This document shows, one piece after another, positions 49,930 through 61,875 of a stretch of 64,000 nucleotides of DNA. The number at the start of each line of letters is the position of its first letter. Position 1 is the stretch's first letter. The position numbers and the translations under genes were made by a program. This DNA comes from Sphaerodactylus townsendi. Its lineage: Eukaryota. The DNA lies in contig NC_059426.1 in NCBI RefSeq assembly GCF_021028975.2, positions 46,004,001 to 46,068,000 of the forward strand. The letters run 5' to 3'. The notes beneath the pieces were generated by a model that did no database searches, was not told where the DNA came from, and saw only the letters and a program-made list of their open reading frames with translations.

Positions 49930-50330
49930 GATTAGTTCAGCTTTGCTAAACAAACAGGAACATTGGATTGCAATAAAAGCCTAAGCAACAGACCAAATAC
50001 TAAATGCCTGCAGTGGCGGGACACTTTGCTGAGCCATATACTGTACAAGAAGCTTTTGTTATAAATGTTGACCCAAAACATTTGGTCCATAAAAAGAGTT
50101 ACAGTTGCAGGGGCTCCTGGCAGTGATCGCTTTAATGCAGGATCTGTGTCATGGCGTAAAACAAATGACTTCAGACATTGCACTAAATGGGCAAAAGCGA
50201 GACAGGAAATGGCTCGATAAAAAAATACCAGCCACCTATGCACAGGGGCACAGTTTTAAGGCAGAAATGAACATCCTTTGGTACATTCAAAGCATTTTAT
50301 GTCAGTGCTTGTTAAAAGAGGAGTAGGGAA
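49930..50330. promoter_or_regulatory. Candidate posterior-HOX/FOX enhancer
   Basis: TAAACAAACA, GCAATAAAA, CCATAAAA, GCGTAAAA, TTTTATG, CAGGAAAT within ~400 repeat-free bp. Confidence 0.3.
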
Positions 50331-50854
50331 TATTTTGGTTTTTTTCCGTGCTGGATATTTTGCTCAGATAGGGACACCCCCTGCTGCCAAAACCTCAAAA
50401 ATATTTTGGAGTCTCTCCTATATCTGAATTAGGTCTGTTAAAGTAAATAGCATTCAACCCAGAAATACCACCGCACAGTCACTGATTGAGTTTTGCATGG
50501 TATTTTGATAAATCAGATTCACTTTCTGTTAATTAATTTGGATATATTAGCAGTGGCATGTTCCAAGATAACTAAGGTTCATATCCAACTCTCAGTTGAT
50601 CTCAAAATAATTCCTTTAATTTCACATTAGAAATATTTTAAAGCTGGAAGAATTGTTCTCTTTTTACATTGCCTCTATATATCTCTTTTCCTACTTTCAA
50701 TTAGAATGTGGGGAAGGATCCTTAGACACCATTTAGAAAGTGGTGCCTCCTCCCGCAGCACAGAACAGTGTCCAAAACTCCAGTTACTCAGGAACTATGA
50801 GGATCAGAGGACAATTTTTTGGCCACTGCCACCAACCCAAAGACTTCTGAACTA

Positions 50855-51075
50855 TAGTGTTGTCAACTCCAGATCGAGAAATTTCTAGAGTTTGCGAGGG
50901 TGGAGCTTGGGGAGGATGGAGTGTTGGAGGGAAGGGAGTTCAACAGGGATGTGATACTAGTCAGTCCATCCTTTGAAGCTGCCATTTTTCTCCAGGGGAG
51001 ATGATCTCTGTAGTCTGGAGATGGCTTGTAATTCTGGGAGAACTCCTGGGCCTTTCTGCCAGATGGCAAACTTTA
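50855..51075. mobile_element. hAT MITE, TAGGGTTGCCA family (degenerate)
   Basis: TAGTGTTGTCAACTCC ... TGGCAAACTTTA; colinear with 13884. Confidence 0.75.
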
Positions 51076-51122
51076 GGGAAGTAGGATTTTTTTTTTGGGG
51101 GGGGTGGGTATTGTATTTAATT

Positions 51123-51278
51123 TGCCTGGGCGTGGATAACCCAGGCTAAATTGATCTCTTCAGACCTGGATAGCTAAACAGGGTTGACTTGGTTAGTATT
51201 TGGATGGGAGACCACCAAGGAATACCAGGGTTGCTATTCAGAGGCAGGCAATAGCAAATCACCTCTGAATGTCTGTTG
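51123..51278 (+). mobile_element. 5S rRNA-derived SINE (cut by gap)
   Basis: GCTAAACAGGGTTGACTTGGTTAGTATTTGGATGGGAGACC; same family as 42498. Confidence 0.82.
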
Positions 51279-51408
51279 NNNNNNNNNNNNNNNNNNNNNN
51301 NNNNNNNNNNNNNNNNNNNNNNNNNNNNNNNNNNNNNNNNNNNNNNNNNNNNNNNNNNNNNNNNNNNNNNNNNNNNNNNNNNNNNNNNNNNNNNNNNNNN
51401 NNNNNNNN
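51279..51408. other. Assembly gap
   Basis: Run of N. Confidence 1.
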
Positions 51409-51830
51409 CTCATCCCTGAAGGGCTCTAGGCGGTTTACAACAACAACATCCATAATCAATAATTAAAACAACAATTAAAAACCCTTAAAATTCATTAAGC
51501 AGTGTACCAATGTTTAAACAGAGACAGCTTAAAATCCCATATTGGTAGTGCCCGTTCCTAAGGTCGGGAGGGGGCGGCAGTGCCAAAAGATGAAAAAGGC
51601 ATTGCCGAGGATGGCAAAATATGGCAGGGGCCTCACAAGGGGGCAGCCAATCCGCAGCCAGCCTCTCCAAAGGCCTGGTGGGACAACTCAATTTTACAGG
51701 CCCTGCGGAACTCACCAAGGGTGGGAGAGTGTTCCACCAGGCAGGGGCCAGGGCTGTAAAGGCCCTGGCCCGGGGTAGAGGCTAGCTGTATCATTGAGGG
51801 GCTGGGGACTTCCAGTAACTCCACCGCCAC
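51409..51830 (-). mobile_element. L2 LINE 3' end
   Basis: Minus ORF PSPSMIQLAST...FRRACKIEL similar to 3505-4232 and 40891-41210. Confidence 0.85.
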
Positions 51831-52744
51831 AGAACAGTGGGTTCCTTGAATATCGTTGGCTCAAAAAGTGCTGCATGCTTCATTAATGTTTTCAGATATT
51901 TTATTTTGACCTTTTCCAATTGGCCTGCTGATAATTTTCCATGAGGAATCCAACCAGTGATCTCATAGTGTATCTTCTTTTTCACATAATTAACACTATA
52001 TTTCCCTCAGTTTTATGGTGTGTTTTTGTGTGGCCACATGCAAGTGTAGGTGCTAATTTTTTTTCTAGCTCTATTGGTCTACCAAGTTTGTGTTAGATGT
52101 TTGCAAAAATTATAATACACAAGATACAGCTACTCCATTCCAGAATCAAATCTTGGCCATCATATTTTTCCCCCTTCTGTTGTCTCCACTTAATATACAC
52201 TATCTTCTTTCTCAGAGTTATTCAACTGAATCTGCATATGATTTGAATGGAATTCACAGGTTGGATCCTGAAAGAAATACGCACCAGTTCCTGCTTTCTT
52301 GGTGTACCACTCCCTTTTTTGTCATTCCTCAGGGTACCAGTCCCCATGAGCAGCATTGAAGAAATTTTTAGTTTGGATCCAACCTAACATTAGGAAGAGC
52401 TTTGACCTAAAAGTTGGCTTTTGATTAATGAGGCCCTTGCCTGCTTCCTTGAGTGGTTGCTGGAATATAGACTCTTTCTGTATAGCACAAAATCAACAAA
52501 CTTGAGGATGGGTGGGGAAACATTTTGGGGGAAAACTGCATGCAGCTTTCCCCCAAGATGTCTTCAGGACATTTTATTTCTGCTCAACTCATATTTTTCA
52601 GAAAATGCTAAATTAGCAATTCTTTTCCCCTAAGATGGAGTCAAGATGTTTTCTCTTGGCTGTGCAGAACAAGAAAGCATTTTATTTTTCCTACCCACAA
52701 GTTTAAAGATCTCATTTTCAGTTTCTCCACAGCTCACACCTTCC

Positions 52745-53848
52745 ATTTTTTGCCGTCTTCAGGAGATGCCATGCTACTGCCGCTTGCAGAATGTCCCCAC
52801 GGAGTTTCCCCTGTTTGCAGCTCATCTATGCGTCCTTTCAGTTTATAAAAACGTTTCCCCACGGCCAAAACATCCCAGGGGAAAAACAGGATCATACATA
52901 CCGGGATGTTTCCATCTCGGTTCCTTCCTCCGCATGGCAGCCCTTCAGCGTGTTCAGGCTGGGAGGAAGAGCTCCAGGTGATTTCGCACGGTCCCCAGTT
53001 TACTTTCATTTTCCTCGCTAGCGACGCCATGCATGCGCAAACTGTCCCGTTTTTCCGGCATTCTGATTGGCTGCAGCTGGCAAGGTGAGAAAAATAACCT
53101 GCCCTGTCTCCCACAGTGTTTGCATGGGAGCAGGAGTGGCGTGTTTTTTTAAAAAAAGAACCGCCAATATTATCGTTTTTTTGAAAGGCACGAGATAAGG
53201 GAAATCTCGCAGGTTGGGGCCGAGTTAGACCCGGAAGCCATGTGGAAGTCATGGCTGAACCGGGATGGTTCACTTCTTATCCCAGGATATATTGGCCGTG
53301 GGGAAAACGCCACAGTGAACTAATAAAGTTAGTTTTTCCTGGTGATCCTGCGCACATGTTGCCTTTTATCTTTTTTTGTTTTAAATGACATATCTTTGAA
53401 GCTATCATATCATGATATGAGAATCGGCTGCAGTTCTCATATTGCGACGTAGCTTCAAAAATATCTCATTTGGAACAAAAAAAGGGGGGAAATTACATGT
53501 GAGTGGGATCGCCAGGAAAAACTAACTTTATTACTGCACTTTATGAATTGAAAGAATGCGTGGATGAGCTGCAACCAGAGGAAACTTCGTGGGAACATTT
53601 TGCAAATGAGCCTCCTGAAGAGGACAGAAAAAGAAGACAGAGGACAGCACTGACCCTGCTGAAGAGAACAGGAAATGGCAGACACAAGCTTCCCAGCAGA
53701 AACTGACAGTAGGAGTTGGGGGAGTGGGAGGAAGGAAAAAGAATAGCTTTCCCTGACAACGCTTTATTTGTCCACTCTATACGCACAGAATAAGCCAAAA
53801 CGGATCTTTTAAAAACATCTGCAAGACATTTTATGTGCAGAAATGGTC
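52745..53848. mobile_element. Foldback DNA element related to 26157-27009, split by a nested element
   Basis: Inverted arms TTGCAGCTCATC / GATGAGCTGCAA and AATAAAGTTAGTTTTTCCTGG / CCAGGAAAAACTAACTTTATT; axis near 53428. Confidence 0.7.
52850..53311. mobile_element. Younger CpG-rich TIR element (PIF/Harbinger-like) nested in the foldback arm
   Basis: TIR CGTTTCCCCACGGCCAA / TTGGCCGTGGGGAAAACG; the host arm rejoins when it is removed. Confidence 0.75.
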
Positions 53849-53963
53849 ATAGTAATGTTCAGTGTACCATTATGGCTGGAGGCCACACATCTCTGGTCTT
53901 TTTCATGAGTAGAGCTTTGAATTTGTACATTTTAAGATGCCCCCATAAATATGTATACCATAG

Positions 53964-54260
53964 GAAGAAGCAGAGTTTGGATTTATATCCCACTTTTCTC
54001 TCCTGTAAGGAGACTCAAAATTGCTTACAAGCTCCTTCCTTCCTCTCCCCACAACAGACACCTTGTGAGGTAGGTGGGGCTGAGAGAGTTCCGAAGAACT
54101 GTGACTAGCCCAAGGTCACCCAGCAGGAATGTAGGAGTCTGAAAACACGTCTGGTTCACCAGGTAAGCCTCTGCCACTCTGGTGGAGGAGTGGGGAATCA
54201 AACCCAGTTCTCCAGATTAGAATCCACCTGCTCTTAATCGTTACACAATGCTGGCTCTCT
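53964..54260 (-). mobile_element. Full-length Squam3-like CORE SINE
   Basis: Reverse complement of the 9391 SINE structure including head, CORE and tail. Confidence 0.88.
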
Positions 54261-54404
54261 GGAACCTGTTTCTGATGTTTTCATAGGAAAATATGAGATT
54301 AGGGGAAGTCCTTTTTATTCATTATAGATAAACAGTTTATTCATTATAGATAAACAGCATGTATGATGCAATTACTTTTTACCCATTTCCTTGCCCGTGT
54401 TGAA

Positions 54405-55072
54405 GGCTCTTTCCGAATAGACACTTCAAAACATTTTGAGGCAGGAAATAAAACGTTTCCTCTGAGGAGTTCTGCATTGTACCCCCCCCCCCCACATACA
54501 CACACACTTTGCTTGCAGCCTCAAAACATTTTAAATGGATCCCTTTTTAAAATTATTATCTGGCTGANNNNNNNNNNNNNNNNNNNNNNNNNNNNNNNNN
54601 NNNNNNNNNNNNNNNNNNNNNNNNNNNNNNNNNNNNNNNNNNNNNNNNNNNNNNNNNNNNNNNNNNNNNNNNNNNNNNNNNNNNNNNNNNNNNNNNNNNN
54701 NNNNNNNNNCAAAGTCGCCTCTCTGCCTTCCCTGCACTTTCTCCTCAGTGCCATTTTGTGAGCTGCCATTTTGCCTGCGAAACCGCTTGCCTGTTTTTGG
54801 AATATTTTAGAGTGTTTTTGTGATTTTGGGGGGGGGGGGCTTAATCTTCACAGCATTGACTACAGAAGGCTCAGGGAACCGCACCAGGAGGCTGTAAGGC
54901 ATAGAAGCACCAATTGGTCAGTGCACTGGGGAAAAAACTGGGAAAACCAGAAAATGGCGATCAGGAATTGTTTCAGGGGCGTGGGGGGGGGGGAGTGTGA
55001 ACAAAAAGCGTGTTATTTGGGGAGATCTAAAATGTTTTAAAAATATTTTAAGTGACTTGTGTGGAAACAGCC
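54405..55072. mobile_element. PIF/Harbinger-like non-autonomous element spanning a gap
   Basis: GGCTCTTTCC..AGACACTT / AAGTGACTTGTGTGGAAACAGCC termini; AAAACATTTTGAGGC-GGAAATAAAACGTTT shared with ~63828-63858. Confidence 0.6.
54568..54709. other. Assembly gap
   Basis: Run of N. Confidence 1.
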
Positions 55073-55577
55073 AAAGAGGAACAATTTCAGGCTTGTTTTG
55101 TTTGCTCCCACCTTAATTTGTACTTCTTTTAGCTGAAACCATCCCACCAAAATAAAAGCTATCACGTGTGACTGTGTGTGTGAGCATACAGAAAATATGA
55201 GTGCCTTACACTTATACTGGCGAGACGATTCTAAGCAAAAGGCATCATTCTGGATCCCCTTGCTGTCAACAAACAAAGCAAAGGGGACGCTTTGGTCCCC
55301 TCCTAACAGTGTATTGATTTGAATCACCCTTTCCCCAAACAAATATCTCCTTTTTAGCTGGAGACCTATGTGGCTTAGTTCAGCCCAACAAGTATTTGAA
55401 AGCCTGAAAACAGCACAACCTTTGGCGCATGAAAGGAGACATTCCAGTGAGTGGTCATCCTCTGTAAATTATGTTTCAAATGGAGCAGACACACATGTCA
55501 CTGTTTTTACAAACTCATGTTCTATGATCTGCTAATAACAGATAGCAAAGGCTGCCCATTTTGACCTCCGAAGCCTG

Positions 55578-55805
55578 NNNNNNNNNNNNNNNNNNNNNNN
55601 NNNNNNNNNNNNNNNNNNNNNNNNNNNNNNNNNNNNNNNNNNNNNNNNNNNNNNNNNNNNNNNNNNNNNNNNNNNNNNNNNNNNNNNNNNNNNNNNNNNN
55701 NNNNNNNNNNNNNNNNNNNNNNNNNNNNNNNNNNNNNNNNNNNNNNNNNNNNNNNNNNNNNNNNNNNNNNNNNNNNNNNNNNNNNNNNNNNNNNNNNNNN
55801 NNNNN
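55578..55805. other. Assembly gap
   Basis: Run of N. Confidence 1.
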
Positions 55806-56590
55806 TGTCAAACTGAAATTGCTTATGTTGGTCAAGATGCAGACCATCCCAGGGTGTTTAAAAATCGCAGGACACTTACACTGCAGAACATGAAGCCATG
55901 TCCTATTTTTGGAATGGGGGCAGGGGGCGGGGCAGGTAAGGTGTGTACAGTCTGTACAATACAAAATAAAATTACTAGAGGAGATAACGTAGTATATGAT
56001 GTATTGTTGTGCATAAGTATACCTCTTATCAAGCACTGTAACAAGGTTTTCAATGCATGCCCAAAAATATGAACTGTGAATGTGATAAACTGTTGCTTGA
56101 ATGTACCGTATAAGGACATTTGTCAGAGAGACTGGACCAGGGATGACTTCTTGTATCTTATTTTATATTATGACTTGATTTCCCATTTTCCTCCCTCCTG
56201 GAACTCTTGGCCTGTACTAAAAGTTCCAGGAAGTTTTCCATTCCAGCCATCAACCAAACTAGGGGTGTCAGCTGTCTGGCAGCAATTCTGGGGAGGTTTT
56301 AGTGAATGGAGAGGCTGATTTTGTGGTATACAATTCCATGATGTAACTTTCAGTTATGTACCCAGATATTCTATGGATTTTCCTAATCTCTATGGTAAAA
56401 ACCACAACAATTTGGGAAATCCCTGGACTATTGGCATGATGCCATGATGCTATTTCTGGATACATATCCAGAATTAGAATTGCAGCATCACTACAATACT
56501 CTTTTTTTTAATCTTATTCCTACAGCCCTATCAAGCCAGTAGCAGGAGCTTGGAACCACAGGAGTACAGCTGTGCTGGACCAGCCCTAGG

Positions 56591-56808
56591 TAGGGTTGCT
56601 AACCTCCAGGTGCCACCTGGAGACCTCCCATTTTTACAGTTGATCTCCAGGTGACCAAGATCGGTTTCCCTGGAGAAAATAGCTGTTTTGGAAGATGGAC
56701 TCTATGGTATTATACTCTGCTGAGGTCCCTGCTATTCCCAAATCCCACCCACCTCAGGCTCCATCCCCAGAACCTTCAGATTTTTCCAACCCAGAGCTGA
56801 CAGCCCTA
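56591..56808. mobile_element. hAT MITE, TAGGGTTGCCA family, full length
   Basis: TAGGGTTGCTAACC ... CTGACAGCCCTA. Confidence 0.85.
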
Positions 56809-57303
56809 GAGCTGTTTAATTTTGTCAACAATATTTTTATTTGTTTAAACACTTTTAGGTTGCTTTTCTTCCTGGTGGGACACAAGCAGCTTACAGAAAG
56901 GAAAAAAAATGTTCAAGATTCCAAAGAAATAGACAAAGAAAATACAGGCTGTGAAGCAAAGGCTGAGAGTCCTGTCTAAGCATGGCTCAAAAGCACTGTT
57001 TTTGCATCACAGAAATACATCATCATCATCAACACTCTTTTAGAGGCAACATCTCTTTGTGCCTGAGATGGATAAACTTCTTTTGATTTGGGGCATGTTA
57101 CCCTGCCCTTCATCCCCTGCCTTATGAAATATTGGATTTTCATATTATTTTTTACACTGTGTGCTACAAAATGCCAGTTTCCATGCTTGTATGTGTAGGT
57201 AGCAGAGTGTCCATCTAAAAACAGGCCAAAGGCAAAAGGTCTGTTTGAATCTGGAAGCCTCATTGACCATCTGCATATCTTGATTATCACACTCTGCTAA
57301 AGA

Positions 57304-58200
57304 TGTTGTGACTCAATGGATCCCAGAGAACTCCCAGATACTGGATGTTATATTTAATCTGCTTTTGAGAAACCATTTCTTCAACAATTGCTCCTTCCAT
57401 GCATTTCCTCAACCTCTAGATACAATCTTCCTAACAACAAGATCCCGTCCTGATTCACTCAAGCCTCAGCCAAATTTGAATATTCTAGGCCAGGGGTAGG
57501 GAACCTGTGGCTCTCCAGATGTTCAGGAACTACAATTCCCATCAGCCCCTACCAGCATGGCCAATTGGCCATGCTGACAGAGGCTGATGGGAATTGCAGT
57601 TCCTGAACATCTGGAGAGCCGCAGGTTCCCTACCCCTGCTCTAGGCAGAGACTTTAGGAAGCATCTCTTCATAAACCATTCAAGGTTTCACTGATATAAT
57701 CTAGGATCAATTGACCCCATTGTCCCGGGAAGTAGAGACAATAGATAAAGCTGCTAATTAACTCAACCCCGCAAGTCCAGCAAGGAAACGCCAAGCAGTT
57801 GCAGAGAAACAAAACCTAAGTTTGAATTTCCTGCCTTACCTGCGCAAGAGGGTATTAAAATACTGCACACCTGAGCCTCAGTGCTCAATACTAGCCTGAA
57901 CCTCTCTTGGTCACGTTGGTTTGAGACACGATATATCGTCCTTTGCTTGGGTCCCTATGCTGGCATAGAGATACTTGCCTTCTTCTGGAACTCCTCTGCA
58001 GATTTTAGGTAATGTATAAGTCCCCTGCTTCCCCTCCTATTCTATCATCCAAAACCTATCTTTTCCTCCCTGTTTATATACTTAGGAACTGTGTATATGA
58101 GCCTTAAAATCTCCCTGTATGATTGCTTGCAACCAAAATTTATATAAAAATATTTAAACTACAATTTGGTCTCTTTTTGCATTCTCTGTAGAACGTTTCA
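57304..58200 (+). mobile_element. Possible solo LTR interrupted by a MITE
   Basis: TG start and CA end with AAAGA / AAAGC flanks (4/5); TATA-like TATTAAAA near 57853; boundaries uncertain. Confidence 0.35.
57491..57638. mobile_element. Near-perfect 148-bp palindromic hAT MITE
   Basis: CAGGGGTAGGGAACC ... GGTTCCCTACCCCTG; TSD TTCTAGGC / CTCTAGGC. Confidence 0.93.
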
Positions 58201-58748
58201 AAAGCCAATTCTGGTATAGTTGTCTAAAAGATCCCACCCAGCCTGCCTCTTGCACTGCCAAGCTGAGTAATTCCCCATTGCTATATAAAAATAAGTTCTT
58301 ATACTGTTAAGCTGGGTAGCAGGCATTTTTGTTTCAACAGAGGAGAAAAATGTTATGTATGTGTTTGGGGAGGGGAGGGTCATTTTCAGCATTGCATTCT
58401 CTCACAGGCCTATAAGGCCTCTCTGAGTGTCTTGGGGTTTGTCATTTATGGAGTCGATGATCAGTCTTTGCAGGTATTACTGTTCTGCTGTGACTTTCAA
58501 GGGCAGCAATTTATTCATCTCACCCTCAGTGTGCGTACACCTTAGATCGGAACACATTTGTTAAACCATGCAAAGTAGGCTTTCCCTCCTTACAAGCACA
58601 AGACACCTATGTGCAGGGCTCTTCCTTCCCCTTGCTGTTGTAAAAACAGGACTGTTCTTCTTTGCCCCTCCAAAAAACAAACAAAAAACCCCCCATCCTG
58701 TGACCTAAATATGGCTGAAAGACACAACATGTGACCCGCTTAGTGCTG

Positions 58749-58952
58749 NNNNNNNNNNNNNNNNNNNNNNNNNNNNNNNNNNNNNNNNNNNNNNNNNNNN
58801 NNNNNNNNNNNNNNNNNNNNNNNNNNNNNNNNNNNNNNNNNNNNNNNNNNNNNNNNNNNNNNNNNNNNNNNNNNNNNNNNNNNNNNNNNNNNNNNNNNNN
58901 NNNNNNNNNNNNNNNNNNNNNNNNNNNNNNNNNNNNNNNNNNNNNNNNNNNN
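58749..58952. other. Assembly gap
   Basis: Run of N. Confidence 1.
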
Positions 58953-59384
58953 TAAGGTGGAAACTTTGCTGCCGAAGAGAAGTTGACTGATTTCCCAGAT
59001 TTGTGTCGTTTTGTGCAATTTAAGACCTGAACACACAGCTGGAAAGGTTGCTGAAGAATCTGGCCACTTCTTCCTTTCCTTTCCTATCCCCATCTCCCCC
59101 CTCCCCCCCCCTCCGCTATTCACTTCACTTGGGATATATTTCTGCAGCAAAACTTCTTTCTTGAGAGCAGGAGAGGAGTGGAAAGGCATTCTCAGAACAG
59201 AAGGAGCTTTTCTGTGGCACACTGGTTTTAGATTTAAGTTTGTGGCTCTGCTCAGCTGTGGTGTTGAGTGGGTGACTGTAGGAAAATTGCAACCATGTCA
59301 CCAAACCTACTTCAGAGGGCTGTTGTAAGAATATAAGTGGTAAAGCATTTAGTGCATTGAAAACTGCTATTCATAGTAACCAGG

Positions 59385-59773
59385 TAGGGATGGCAGCCTC
59401 CATATGAACCTTGTAATCTCCTGCAGTTACTACTCATCTCCAGACTACAGAGATCCCAGGGAAAAAAATGGATGCTTTGATGGGTGGATTCTATGGCTTT
59501 GTATCTCACTGAGGTCCCTGTCTTTTGCAGGTTCCATCCTAACTTTTCCAGGAGCTTTCTAACCTGGATCTGGCTACCTTCCTGCCCATCCTCTTCTGGT
59601 GACCAGGGAGGACCTAGCAGCCTTATAATCAGGTTTGCTTTAAAAATGCTGAACGTGCCTCTGTTTCACTTTATGAAGTGTATAGACTTAAAAGGCAGTT
59701 GCAAACTGCAGTCTGTCCTATATTGCCTTTGGAGAAAAATTGTCCAGGCTCCACCTGGAGATTGGCAACCCTA
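59385..59773. mobile_element. TAGGGTTGCCA-family MITE plus terminal fragment
   Basis: TAGGGATGGCAGCC start, family body to ~59580; separate TTGGCAACCCTA end at ~59762-59773. Confidence 0.7.
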
Positions 59774-59964
59774 CCTTAAAAGAACGTTGATGGTGATTTC
59801 CCTATCTTTTCCCCATAATGTGAAATTTCCGGTTTTACCCAGAAATGTCCGGTTTTACCCAGACTGCACGCAAACTAAGGGCCTCCTGGCCAGTCATTTG
59901 GAGACGTTTGGTCTCTCTAGGACCATGATAGAAAGTCCCAATTTTCCCAGTCTACTGAGGGTGT

Positions 59965-60135
59965 GACACTGTTAGTCTTTGCATGTAGAAACTCCAGGGT
60001 TCAATGTCTGGCATCTCCAGGTAAAGGAGGTCTGGTAGCAAGTGCTGGGAACAACTTTTCTCTGCTCAGACCTTGGAGAGCTACTGCCAGTCAGAGCAGG
60101 CAATGACCTGGCTTGTCATGAGACAGAGTTATATA
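59965..60135 (+). mobile_element. Degenerate Squam2-like SINE
   Basis: CTTTGCATGTAGAAACTCCAGGGTTCAATGTCTGGCATCTCCAG...TGGAGAGCTACTGCCAGTCAG. Confidence 0.7.
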
Positions 60136-60291
60136 TTTATAAATTGATTTATGTAAATGATCATTAAATAGTTTTACACTGATCCTCCACATTATTTACT
60201 AAGAAATGTGAACCCCACATGTGTTCTGACACAATGAGCATTTGATTTTGGACTGCACATATAAAATTGCTCATCTGATTTGGACTGCATA

Positions 60292-60574
60292 TATAAAACC
60301 TATGCTGGTCAGAATGCTCCTTCTCATTACAAGCTCTTTCCTCTGTTGCCTCTTCTACTTTGAGAGTAAGTAGATGTTAGCAAAAATAATAACACAGAAA
60401 GCTTCAAAAGTACTTTAATTCTCTTTAAAACCTATGCGCCTATAAAACCTACGCTGGTCAGAATGTTCCTTCACATTACAAGCACGTTCCTCCACTGTTT
60501 ATTCTATTTTAATAGTAAATAGATGTTAACAGAAATAATAACAGAGGGGAAGATTCAAAAGCACTTTAATTTTC
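60292..60574 (+). repeat. Diverged ~149-bp tandem duplication
   Basis: TATAAAACCTA(T/C)GCTGGTCAGAATG...TTCAAAAG(T/C)ACTTTAATT starting at 60292 and 60441. Confidence 0.85.
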
Positions 60575-61327
60575 CTGTGTAAAATGGTATATGCTTTGGT
60601 GGTTTTGGCTGTGAATTTAAAAACACAAGTGATTTCATTTCACTTTAAAATTCCTGCGGAATTTCAGCTTTTCTGAGAATTTTTACAAAGCTCATTTTTA
60701 ATTAATTTGTTTGTTTAAACATTTCTACTTTATCTAAAGTGTTTAGCTGGGACTGTCTAATGTTTTGTCCCTTGGATTTGAGCAAGGCAAATGGAGCCCT
60801 TCAGCTTTTATTTCAGGCGTGTCTCTGACACAAAATTTTAATCAGACAACTGATGTAGAAAAAGTATAACAGAAGATCTTTTTTTGCTTTGATTTCTGAT
60901 TCATCTCATTGCAGAAAAGTAGCATTTGTCTGAAATATAAACATTGGTTTTCTCACTTTCTTGACATTTGTGGGTGGACAGTTGGCTTTGGGCTTCACTA
61001 CAGCTGAGTTGAGTATTCTCAATTTTCACCTCAAAATGTACGTCTTGGATGAAAGAGAGAATTGTTTGATGGATATGACTCAAAGCCTTCCAGAAATCAT
61101 CTCCTCCCTGCTCCAGAACAGCTTCATGCCATTTCCCTGAAAGTAATCAGCTACTTCCTCAGACAGGTTCACACTTGCTTAATCAGGTCCAAAATGGCAG
61201 CCTATGTAAACATTCCCCATAAGGGAATAGCTTTTTTTCAGTCAGAAAAGCTGCTTGCACTGGCATACTATGGGGAATGAGAAGGTACCTTACTTTCCCC
61301 ACCTACTAGGCAGACCTTTAACATCAC

Positions 61328-61479
61328 TTTAACATCAGTGAGCATCTTTTGAGTTGCCAGACTCCAGGTGGCATCTGGAGATATCCTGGAATTATAACGG
61401 AGCTTTAACATCAGTGAGCATCTTTTGGGTTGCCAGACTCCAGGTGGCATCTGGAGATATCCTGGAATTATAACGGAGC
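61328..61479 (+). repeat. Recent 76-bp tandem duplication covering a MITE left junction
   Basis: 61328-61403 and 61404-61479 differ at one base. Confidence 0.92.
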
Positions 61480-61622
61480 TCCAGACTAAAGAGATTAGTC
61501 CCCGTGGAGGAAATGTTAGCTTTGGAGATTGAACTCTAAGCATTACATCCCTGCTGAGATCCCTCCCCCAAACTCCACACTCCCTAGGCTCCACCTCCAA
61601 ACCCCTAGGAATTTCTCAACCT
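61425..61622. mobile_element. hAT MITE, TAGGGTTGCCA family
   Basis: TTGGGTTGCCAGACTCCAGG...GGAATTTCTCAACC. Confidence 0.8.
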
Positions 61623-61631
61623 AAAATCGAT

Positions 61632-61875
61632 TCTATATATATAGAACCCCCTCCCTCCCCTCCCGTGCATGCCACCCCTCACTCCCTCCCCTCCCTCCCC
61701 TTCCCTTGCATGCCAGCCCTCCCTCCCTTCCCTCTCCCTCCACTAGGGTGGGTGGGCCATGTCAGGATGCTGGGTCCCCACACCTCCCTCCCCTCCCTTG
61801 CATGCCACCACTCCCTCCCCTCCCTCCCCTCCAAATACTATCCAGAGTCAAATATCCAGAGTATATATATATATG
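61632..61875. repeat. C-rich low-complexity segment between two (TA)n tracts
   Basis: Repeated CTCCCTCCC and TGCATGCCA units; TATATATATA at both ends. Confidence 0.6.
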
